Below are positions 46,613-54,635 of a stretch of DNA of 64,000 nt, piece by piece; the first letter of the stretch is position 1; each line of letters opens with the position of its first letter. A program made the translations under genes and the position numbers. A model generated the notes under the pieces. That model saw only the letters and a list, made by a program, of their open reading frames with translations, had not been told where the DNA came from and did not search any database. The stretch spans positions 186,001-250,000 of IMG/VR virus record IMGVR_UViG_3300031957_002643; one strand, written 5' to 3'.

Positions 46613-46640
46613 ATTATACGTCATTTAGTGGGAAAGTCAA
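46613..46640 (-). promoter_or_regulatory. Sigma70-like promoter, leaderless
   Basis: TTGACT-16-TATAAT, 7 nt before ATG 46605. Confidence 0.7.
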
Positions 46641-46759
46641 CTGATCCGGTAACCAATTAACCAGCAATCGATTCTAAAGAACCATTTGCCATCTTTCTTA
46701 CCGGCCCCAATACGGATCATTCGATTATTTTGATCCAATTCGATCACATCAATTTTCAT
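46637..46759 (-). CDS. 40-aa hypothetical protein (below ORF-track cutoff)
   Basis: MKIDVIELDQNNRMIRIGAGKKDGKWFFRIDCWLIGYRIS fills the gap downstream of the tRNA. Confidence 0.55.
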   Translation of the reverse strand: MKIDVIELDQNNRMIRIGAGKKDGKWFFRIDCWLIGYRIS

Positions 46760-46777
46760 TTTAATATCTCAGGAAAA

Positions 46778-46854
<77 letters not shown>

Positions 46855-46883
46855 ATGACTATATTTATAGTATAAACGTATAC

Positions 46884-47288
46884 TTAAGTCAAATGGTTTT
46901 TCTGTAAAATCTCATCAACCATGTGATCTCTGACGTTTTGATACATCATGAAACCTGCTGCCCCTTTGAAATTCAAAGGGGCAGCAGTACAATCCAGACC
47001 AATGGTATAAAGACTAGTCCCTTCCATGGCGTGCGAGAAACCAGACCAACTTTGGATACCAGATGATTCTGCATCAACAACGATGTGCTTTTCGCCAGCT
47101 AATGCTAATTTGAAGTTTTTCTTCAAGGTGGCATATTCGGCTTTCGTATCTCTCAGATATTCATAATCTGAGAAGTGCAAGAAGTGTGCAGTTATGTGAT
47201 TGGAATCAACATTAAGCAATTCCTTCAGTCGTGCAATAACAGGAAGACGAACCTCGTTGGGTCCGCGTGTCAAAATTACAGTTCGCAT
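46884..47288 (-). CDS. Hypothetical protein, degenerate P-loop-kinase-like
   Basis: VILTRGP and HIVVD follow AAA_33 topology but GKS/T is missing. Confidence 0.5.
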   Translation of the reverse strand: MRTVILTRGPNEVRLPVIARLKELLNVDSNHITAHFLHFSDYEYLRDTKAEYATLKKNFKLALAGEKHIVVDAESSGIQSWSGFSHAMEGTSLYTIGLDCTAAPLNFKGAAGFMMYQNVRDHMVDEILQKNHLT

Positions 47289-47289
47289 A

Positions 47290-47592
47290 TCATATGTCCT
47301 CGTAAGTCAATGATAGGTTAATTTTGTCCCCTGTTACAATAATATCCATAATAATTTCATCGGTTGCTAATGATGTGACATGTACATCGTGACCGGGGAA
47401 CAGTTTCATGACTTGTGTTTCTACGTCTTCATCAAACATGTTCCATAAATCTAGAGAGATTAGCAAACTCATCAAATCCCTAATTGGATTTTGGTTTGAA
47501 TATTGATCTTCTGTGAGCCGGATCATGTACCTATTGTCTGGAAACAATTCGTACATGGGGATCATGGTTACTTCTTCTTCACGGTATTCCAT
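47290..47592 (-). CDS. Hypothetical protein
   Basis: 100-aa ORF with SD GAGGA. Confidence 0.6.
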   Translation of the reverse strand: MEYREEEVTMIPMYELFPDNRYMIRLTEDQYSNQNPIRDLMSLLISLDLWNMFDEDVETQVMKLFPGHDVHVTSLATDEIIMDIIVTGDKINLSLTYEDI

Positions 47593-48269
47593 TTCAATAT
47601 GTCCTCGTATAAGATATCATCATTTGTGTTGCTTTTGAATGCTTCTAGTGTCTTCTGGGAGTTTTTATCGTCTACTGCATCCTTTCCTTTTTTCACGTTA
47701 TGATTTTGTCGAATATGTCTTGCAAAATCTGACGTAAAGAATGGGAATGATCTCAATGCTCTGTTGAGATGTTTACAAACAATGCCTCGCTGTTTCGGGT
47801 TTCTGACATTTGGCGGTCTATCTTCTGGAACGATTGCAGCATCAATCTGTGTCAAAAGATACTGGTACCCCCAAAATAAAAACGAAGGACATGTACAATG
47901 AAGCATCAAGTCTCCTTGAAGCATCATTAATCTGGCTCTGTCGATTGGACTGAACTCGGTTTCATCAATGAAGGCATCCCAATCATTGATCTTGAATTGG
48001 TTCAAATATGTAATGTTGTTATCTTTGTGTTGGGAGGATTTGATGTTAAAAATCAATGAGTTCTCGTCAAATCCCTTCAACCGGACACCCTCAAGCGCAT
48101 TAGCACGAACACGCTGTTTAAGAAAATCATTGTCGATAAACATTTGAATTTCTTTGTATGTCGCTTCCTTGATGATCTCATTATCTGGTTTATCCAAATG
48201 ATGATGTTCACAAAGGGAGTGATAGTTCGTGACTAAAAAGGGTTTTCCGTCTACTAGTTTAACGTTCAT
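47568..48269 (-). CDS. SWIM-like Zn-finger protein
   Basis: HCTCPSF....Y and P..RNP...G.VCKHL. Confidence 0.7.
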   Translation of the reverse strand: MNVKLVDGKPFLVTNYHSLCEHHHLDKPDNEIIKEATYKEIQMFIDNDFLKQRVRANALEGVRLKGFDENSLIFNIKSSQHKDNNITYLNQFKINDWDAFIDETEFSPIDRARLMMLQGDLMLHCTCPSFLFWGYQYLLTQIDAAIVPEDRPPNVRNPKQRGIVCKHLNRALRSFPFFTSDFARHIRQNHNVKKGKDAVDDKNSQKTLEAFKSNTNDDILYEDILKWNTVKKK

Positions 48270-48597
48270 CTACCGATGGTCCTGCTGGCGCTTCTGGCGT
48301 TCTTGGCAGGGCGGTAGGAGCATTCTCAGACTTATGGAAAATGTACCTACGCCATGCATAGTTCAACATTGTAGCTGCTGCGGATACGGACGCACCGATA
48401 ACGGCAACGATCTGGTCTGGGTGATAGACCATGACGTATGCTACAACGACGATATTTATCCATACTAGAAGCTTTGACAAACTTAGAACTGTTCTTCCCG
48501 GCTCTAAAAGATTAAGAAATCTCAATAGTTTGAAAACAAAATTATTCTTCCAGTAAAGACCTTCTTCTTCTGGTGTTGGTAATCCTGATGTAGACAT
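48259..48597 (-). CDS. Putative holin-like membrane protein
   Basis: 2 TM segments and a basic patch, directly downstream of the amidase. Confidence 0.5.
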   Translation of the reverse strand: MSTSGLPTPEEEGLYWKNNFVFKLLRFLNLLEPGRTVLSLSKLLVWINIVVVAYVMVYHPDQIVAVIGASVSAAATMLNYAWRRYIFHKSENAPTALPRTPEAPAGPSVDER

Positions 48598-48609
48598 GTG
48601 TGTGATCCT

Positions 48610-49455
48610 TTAACGTTGGAACAAACGGCTAAACCATCCTCGTTTGTTCGACGTAGTATTTACGGGATCAGACACAACGGCAGGTTCATCTTCAACTACC
48701 CGTGGGGGGAAGTTGATAGGTTCATCTGCCTCATCATTATCGCGGCCAGCGATCATTTCTCTCATACGATCAATACCACTTAGTGGACCCGGATCACGTT
48801 TTCTTGATGTGATTTCGTCGTGACCAACCAATTTAGAATCATAGTGATGGCAAATCGCTTGTGATAGATTGGTCATCACATTGATTTGTTCTTTGGAATA
48901 AGGAATCCATGCCGAAGCTGGTTCGTGTAGATACATATGATGCGTCCGTTCGACAATATCTGGTCTAGCCTTGGCTTGTGGCCAGCGAGCAGTGATGATT
49001 TGATCGTTTACTTTGAGTGGATTATAGTATACATCCCCATACCATGTCTTATAAACGCCATGTTCAATAATTTCCAATGGCCCCGGATTGATTACTTCAA
49101 CACCGCACGAATAGCTATTCAATCCGTTATATCCATCATACGATGACTGACCAGCATGCCAGCATTTTTCATTTAGGGGTGCCATTTGTACTAATCGGCC
49201 ATCAGTGTCCAACACCAGATGAACATCTGCTTTGGTATCTTGATTCTTCATATAATTGACAGTTCCATCAATACCATAACGACCAGCAGTGTAATGATAG
49301 ACGAAGAATTTCACATCGATCTGTGCTCTACCAGAACGCTTATCGTGTGAAATGAATGGTACTGGCTTACCATTACGGTGAACCATATGGTTCACAATTG
49401 TAAACACATCATCGTCTGCGATGTTTTTCATTTCGGGTAAATCTTTTATAGGCAT
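48610..49455 (-). CDS. N-acetylmuramoyl-L-alanine amidase (Amidase_2), putative endolysin
   Basis: YHYTAG, H...D.DG...Q, WHAG.S, N.YS.GVE.IN, GHDEI and RK.DPGP. Confidence 0.9.
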   Translation of the reverse strand: MPIKDLPEMKNIADDDVFTIVNHMVHRNGKPVPFISHDKRSGRAQIDVKFFVYHYTAGRYGIDGTVNYMKNQDTKADVHLVLDTDGRLVQMAPLNEKCWHAGQSSYDGYNGLNSYSCGVEVINPGPLEIIEHGVYKTWYGDVYYNPLKVNDQIITARWPQAKARPDIVERTHHMYLHEPASAWIPYSKEQINVMTNLSQAICHHYDSKLVGHDEITSRKRDPGPLSGIDRMREMIAGRDNDEADEPINFPPRVVEDEPAVVSDPVNTTSNKRGWFSRLFQR

Positions 49456-49486
49456 AGTAATATTCCTTTATGGAATATTACTTATA
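49456..49486 (-). promoter_or_regulatory. Late promoter TATAAGTA inside an 11-bp hairpin masking the endolysin RBS
   Basis: AGTAATATTCC-ATAAA-GGAATATTACT-ATG on the minus strand. Confidence 0.7.
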
Positions 49487-49487
49487 A

Positions 49488-49796
49488 TCAGCCAGCAAAA
49501 TATTTAACTAACAGTCCAACAACAAGGGCGGAAATTGCACCGGCGAGGCCACCGAATAGTGAATTCCACACTTTACCGCGAGTTTCTTGAATCACCAATC
49601 TCTTTTCTAGAGATGAGATTTTTCCTTCTGCGTTTTTGATCGAGACAGTGTAATCGGGTAGCGATTTCAGACGTTCATCAATACGAGCAACAGAGATAGC
49701 CATCATATTGACTTGCTCTTCCATCTTACTAATTTTGCTGTCCATCTTTTCCATGATAGAGGCCTGTTGTCTAAAAAGTTCTAGTTCGGTGGTCAT
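49488..49796 (-). CDS. Coiled-coil protein with C-terminal TM (XhlA-like lysis-cassette membrane protein)
   Basis: Heptad repeat (ARIDERL, LEKRL) then a Gly/Ala-rich TM. Confidence 0.6.
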   Translation of the reverse strand: MTTELELFRQQASIMEKMDSKISKMEEQVNMMAISVARIDERLKSLPDYTVSIKNAEGKISSLEKRLVIQETRGKVWNSLFGGLAGAISALVVGLLVKYFAG

Positions 49797-49798
49797 AT

Positions 49799-50242
49799 TT
49801 ATTCAGGCCCCTTGTCATCCTCGTCCCAATCTGGGGGTAATACAGCACCAATACCGGCAACATAGCTTTGGTCTTTAGACGTAAAATACCATTTCCATCC
49901 TTCGAAATATCCACATGCTTTTGTTCTCGGTGAATGGAATTTTTCTTTAACGAAAACCTGACCTATAGTCATAGCTTCGAGGTCATTTTTTCTAAATTGT
50001 TCGGCAATATGCTCTGGCCAAAATACCGAATCTGGCTGATTGATATAATCGCCTTCCCATGGACCAACAATATGTCGCATATACGCATTAGACAGCTCGA
50101 CCATAATAAAACGATCTGTGTTTTTATCGTAACGCTTGATCCAAGCCAAACCGGGGAATGTTTGAATAAATGTTCGAAGAGCCGAAATATGGTAATCGGT
50201 CTCTTCGATCATCTTTTTGAATTCTTCTAAATCTTGTTTCAT
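49799..50242 (-). CDS. Stand-alone PAS-domain protein
   Basis: LRTFIQTFPGLAWIK, N.AY, DYINQPD..FWPEHIAEQFRKND..AM..G and terminal VAGIG match the PAS_4 pattern. Confidence 0.75.
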   Translation of the reverse strand: MKQDLEEFKKMIEETDYHISALRTFIQTFPGLAWIKRYDKNTDRFIMVELSNAYMRHIVGPWEGDYINQPDSVFWPEHIAEQFRKNDLEAMTIGQVFVKEKFHSPRTKACGYFEGWKWYFTSKDQSYVAGIGAVLPPDWDEDDKGPE

Positions 50243-50332
50243 TTCTTCTCTGTTGGCTTATACCTGTCAATAGTATTTACCACAGGACTATATAACCAAT
50301 GAGAATAAATGGTTGTCGGGTATTAGAAATTA

Positions 50333-50569
50333 CTAATACGAAGTATTAAGATATTCTATAAGTTCCGTATACCCACCAACATACTTGTCATTATCAAAGA
50401 TTTGGGGGACCGTTCTTGGCATAGGTGCGCCCGAATTAATAACCTTCTCGACCAGTAGGTCTTTATTTCCAACAGCATCAACCACTTCGAATTGAATGCC
50501 GCGCTCGCTGAGTACGGATTTTGCTTTTACACAGAACCCGCAATTGTCTTTTGAATAAACTGTAAACAT
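50333..50569 (-). CDS. Glutaredoxin
   Basis: CGFC, RTVPQIF and YVGGY. Confidence 0.93.
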   Translation of the reverse strand: MFTVYSKDNCGFCVKAKSVLSERGIQFEVVDAVGNKDLLVEKVINSGAPMPRTVPQIFDNDKYVGGYTELIEYLNTSY

Positions 50570-50578
50570 TTTAACCTC

Positions 50579-51736
50579 TTATAATTCAAAATCACTAAAA
50601 CTATCTTCATCGATGTCTTTATTAACCTTACCGATGACATAGGACTCAATCTCTGATTCCTGTGGTGCAACCTGACGACTTTTAGAAGCGATCCAAGATT
50701 CCGTCCATGGAAGAGGATTGTTTGTCGGGCTTTCGTGTCTTGGTTTCAATCCAACAGCACGGATACGTTGGGTTCCAATCCAATCCACATAATCACAAAG
50801 AAGTTTCTCATTGAGACCAAGAATAGAACCATCCTTGAACAAATAGGATGCCCACTCTTTTTCTTGGCGCATCGCCACTTCATACATTTTAAGGCATTCT
50901 TTTTCAGTCTCCTTTTTAATTTTGGAGAATGTTGGATCATCTTGAATGAGTGCAGTTCTCAGAAGTTTCTGAGAAATAGACAGATGCAAATTTTCATCAC
51001 GTGCAATCAGCTTGATTAGCTTGGCGTTGCCTTCCATCTTCTTATTCTCGGCAAATGCCCAAGAGCATGCAAAGCTGACATAAAAGCGAATACCTTCAAG
51101 GATATTAATAGCCGTCACACATAACCAGAACTTCTTCTTTAGTTCGTATTCGCTGATGGTAAAGTTTTCATTGGTGTATTCGTTTGCTCTTTTGGAAGAT
51201 CGAACCTCATGATTTCCTTCACCGAACAATTCCCACAGTTTTGCATACTTGATGAAATCATCATAATATTTTGTGATATCATCAGAACATTCCACAATCT
51301 GTTTGACATCCATCATTCCGTCGAACACAGCAGATGGATTGGGATACACATTCCGAATGATATGTGTATATGAATCACTGTGGATAGTTTCAAAGAACCC
51401 CCATGTTTCGATGAGGGGTTCCAATTCAGGGACAGAAGCATAGGGGAGTAGTGCCTGATTGACACCACGCCCCTGAATGCTATCCAACAGAATTTGTCTC
51501 TTCAGATTTGAAGTGAAGATGTGCTGTTCGTGTGGCTGAAGATTTGAGAAATCTTTTCTGTCCGTATTCAAATCAACTTCATCTGCCGTCCAAAAGAACC
51601 CTCTCATCTTTCTGTAAAGATGATCGAATTCCTTGTATTTCAGGGTTTCATATCGAGCGATGTCAACTCCACCGTTCGGATCAAAAAACAAATTGGCATC
51701 TAAGTGACTGATTTCACGTTTCTTAAAAATAGACAT
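50579..51736 (-). CDS. nrdB: Ribonucleotide reductase class Ia beta subunit
   Basis: FFW..EV, LDSIQGR, ETIHS.SY, LEGIRFYVSF, RDENLH and VAPQE.E..SY. Confidence 0.96.
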   Translation of the reverse strand: MSIFKKREISHLDANLFFDPNGGVDIARYETLKYKEFDHLYRKMRGFFWTADEVDLNTDRKDFSNLQPHEQHIFTSNLKRQILLDSIQGRGVNQALLPYASVPELEPLIETWGFFETIHSDSYTHIIRNVYPNPSAVFDGMMDVKQIVECSDDITKYYDDFIKYAKLWELFGEGNHEVRSSKRANEYTNENFTISEYELKKKFWLCVTAINILEGIRFYVSFACSWAFAENKKMEGNAKLIKLIARDENLHLSISQKLLRTALIQDDPTFSKIKKETEKECLKMYEVAMRQEKEWASYLFKDGSILGLNEKLLCDYVDWIGTQRIRAVGLKPRHESPTNNPLPWTESWIASKSRQVAPQESEIESYVIGKVNKDIDEDSFSDFEL

Positions 51737-54042
51737 TATAGGACGCAACTCTCACAGACTTCATCTTCTTGTTGTGGTTCGTCTGCAACCGTATCGGTAG
51801 CAGTTTCGATGGTTTCATCTTTCTGACCATCGTAGGTGTTATGATAGTACAACTGCTTGCCGCCGTATTTGTAGAATTCCAGCAAATCATTGATAAGCAT
51901 CTTCATAGACAATGCGCCTTCTTCGAAGTGTTCCGGGTTGTAGGAAACATTCGTTGAAATGCCCTGATCGATATATTTTTGGAGAACAGCCATCACTTGA
52001 AGATATCCCTTTGGTGACTTTTGATCCCAAAGCATGTCGTACTTGTTCTTGAGTTTGTGGATTTCAGGAACAACTTGTTTCAATACACCGTGCTTGGATA
52101 CTTTTTCAGAAACAAGACCACGAGGCGGCTCAACGCCATTTGTAGCATTGGCGATTTGTGCAGATGTTTCCGAAGGCATCAACGCCATCAATGTAGAATT
52201 ACGAATCCCATATGTCTTTAGATCACGTCTTAGTTCCTCCCATGGGAATCGCTCTTGGTGCTCGACTAAGGAATCAACATTCTTGTTGCGGGTATCAATA
52301 GGAAGCACACCATCTGCATATTTGGTCATATGCAGGCCTTCACATGCTCCCTTTTCTTTTGCCAGATCAATAGAGGCACGAATCAGATAGTAAGACCACG
52401 CTTCTGTATATTCATCCACCAAGTCGAGTGCATCAGAATCGTATTTCTTGTCGTTCTTGGCGAGGAAATACGCAAAGTTGATAATGCCTACGCCAAGAGG
52501 TCTAAACAGCCGTGTGTGGACCTCTGCGGCCTTTACAGGGTATGATTGGTAGTCGAGCATATTGTCCAATGCTCTGACTGCCAGTGCAGCCGGTCTTTCG
52601 AAATCTTCGGGCTTCTTGATCTTACCCCAATTGATTGCCGAAAGAGTACACAGTGCAATCCATCCTTCGGGATCGTCAATATGCTGTAACGGCTTCGTAG
52701 GTAGATCAATCTCCACACAAAGATTGGTTTGTTTGATTGGCGCTAGTTCTGGTTTGAACGAACCGTGATTGTTGGCATGATCGATATTCTGGATGTAGAT
52801 ACGTCCAGTTTCTTTTCTCTCGGTTGCAATGGAAGAGAAAACATCAATAGCAGACATTGACTGTTTTCTGATAGTTGGATCGTTTTCATATTTCTCATAC
52901 AACGTCTCAAAGAGATCATTATCACCGGAGTAAAAAGCTTCTGCAAGATCAGGCACATCTTCTGGCGAGAAAAAATGAATTTCTCCCTTTGAAATCAATC
53001 GCTTATAAGCAAGTCTGTTCAATTGAACGCAATAGTCCAATTGGCGAATACGGTTCATTTCGGTACCTTTATTGTTCTTGAGAACGATCAAAGACTCGAA
53101 TTCATAATGCCAGAACGGGTATGAAATTGTTGCAGCACCGCCACGAATGCCACCTTGGGAACAGCTCTTTACTGCGCTTTGAAACGAGCGGATGAAAGGT
53201 AGTAACCCTGTGGACTCAGCGTCACCGCCTCGAATTTCGGCACCAAGTGCACGGATACTTCCGACTTCAATACCAAGACCAGCGCTATTTGAGATGTAGC
53301 GATAGATTGATGACGTTGTTGCCTCAATCGATTTCATTGTGTCATCACATGAGACGAGCACGCATGATGAAAACTGGCGTGTTGGTTTTCTAGCCTTGGC
53401 CATAATCGGCGTTGGTAGAGATACCTTTTGTGTGGAAATGATGTCGTAATATTCTTTGATCAAATCCATACGAATGGATTTGTCTTCATTGATAAACATC
53501 GTAGCAGCAATGAGGAGATATGCCATTTGTGGAGTTTCAAAGAACTCATTAGTGACACGATTGCGAACAAGGTACTTGCCACGGAATTGTTCCATGGCAA
53601 CAAAGCTCAAATCAAAATCGCGCTTGTGTTTGATGATGCTTTCAAATGCTTCGAAGTCATCATCGTCATAGGATGTCAAAATATCAGAATCATATACGCC
53701 ATGCTGAACATTGCGAACTACAAGGTCTTTGACTGAAAACGGAACAGGACCGCCATATACTTCTTTGCGAAGATGGTAATTGATCAGACGCGCAGCAACA
53801 TATTGATAGTTTGGTGTATCTTCCGAAATCAAATCAGAAGCAGCACGAATGATGGTTTCGTGGATTTGTGATGTGGTGATGCCGTCAGAAAATTGTAACT
53901 GTGCACGCAGTTCGATTTCAGAAACAGAAACGCCTGTTAAATCTTCACAGGCCCAAAACAATACTTTGTGGATTTTGTCTAGATCGAGCGGTTCTTTGTT
54001 TCCGTTTCTCTTAATAACTTGAATATCAGATGCCGGTGGCAT
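51736..54042 (-). CDS. nrdA: Ribonucleotide reductase class Ia alpha subunit
   Basis: ATP cone VIKRNG, QFSSC, TNLCVEI, LMPSETS, NGVEP and terminal CESC; SD GGAG before 54042. Confidence 0.96.
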   Translation of the reverse strand: MPPASDIQVIKRNGNKEPLDLDKIHKVLFWACEDLTGVSVSEIELRAQLQFSDGITTSQIHETIIRAASDLISEDTPNYQYVAARLINYHLRKEVYGGPVPFSVKDLVVRNVQHGVYDSDILTSYDDDDFEAFESIIKHKRDFDLSFVAMEQFRGKYLVRNRVTNEFFETPQMAYLLIAATMFINEDKSIRMDLIKEYYDIISTQKVSLPTPIMAKARKPTRQFSSCVLVSCDDTMKSIEATTSSIYRYISNSAGLGIEVGSIRALGAEIRGGDAESTGLLPFIRSFQSAVKSCSQGGIRGGAATISYPFWHYEFESLIVLKNNKGTEMNRIRQLDYCVQLNRLAYKRLISKGEIHFFSPEDVPDLAEAFYSGDNDLFETLYEKYENDPTIRKQSMSAIDVFSSIATERKETGRIYIQNIDHANNHGSFKPELAPIKQTNLCVEIDLPTKPLQHIDDPEGWIALCTLSAINWGKIKKPEDFERPAALAVRALDNMLDYQSYPVKAAEVHTRLFRPLGVGIINFAYFLAKNDKKYDSDALDLVDEYTEAWSYYLIRASIDLAKEKGACEGLHMTKYADGVLPIDTRNKNVDSLVEHQERFPWEELRRDLKTYGIRNSTLMALMPSETSAQIANATNGVEPPRGLVSEKVSKHGVLKQVVPEIHKLKNKYDMLWDQKSPKGYLQVMAVLQKYIDQGISTNVSYNPEHFEEGALSMKMLINDLLEFYKYGGKQLYYHNTYDGQKDETIETATDTVADEPQQEDEVCESCVL

Positions 54043-54167
54043 TCTATGTCTCTCCGTCGATATGGGTAATAGGGTTTCATTACAAGAATAGGACATTCTC
54101 GCTTCCATTTTTTGCTCTCTTTCCATAAGTTACTTTTATAAGGTGAAAATACTTAGACCTGATCGAT

Positions 54168-54635
54168 ATGCGTAATATGAATGAAACTGCACAAGATATG
54201 GTGCGTATCAGCGCGGAAGAACACAAGATATTATTTGGATATCTTGATGGTCTTCCGAAAACTATTATGAATCAATTGTGTAGGAACAAACCACTCGAAC
54301 ATTCATCGACTGGTATCACTATTGTGAAAAATTTTTCTGTTTTGAATGTTCGACCTCCACTATTAGAACGCGAAATGACACGCTCTGATTTCTTTGAAAC
54401 AGGCGCAGTTGATTACGGTTTTCACTATAAAGCAGAGGCGATTTATATGTTTGTTCGTGACAACGAATATGGTGGGGTGGTACAAACGCCAAAGCAATCG
54501 ATCCCGCTGTATGACGTGCTGGAATCGATTGCTTTGATGACCAATGGGCGCTGGTCGGTATTTGATGATCGGATTTGGTTTGAAGATAACGAAGACGCTG
54601 ACCGTCTAAGTATCTATCTCACTTATTCATATTGA
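54168..54635 (+). CDS. Hypothetical protein
   Basis: 155-aa ORF divergent from nrdA. Confidence 0.6.
   Translation: MRNMNETAQDMVRISAEEHKILFGYLDGLPKTIMNQLCRNKPLEHSSTGITIVKNFSVLNVRPPLLEREMTRSDFFETGAVDYGFHYKAEAIYMFVRDNEYGGVVQTPKQSIPLYDVLESIALMTNGRWSVFDDRIWFEDNEDADRLSIYLTYSY

Noticed and set aside
54043-54167. NrdR box or riboswitch in the nrdA leader
   Set aside because: Only two weak AT-rich hairpins; no convincing NrdR palindrome or aptamer core
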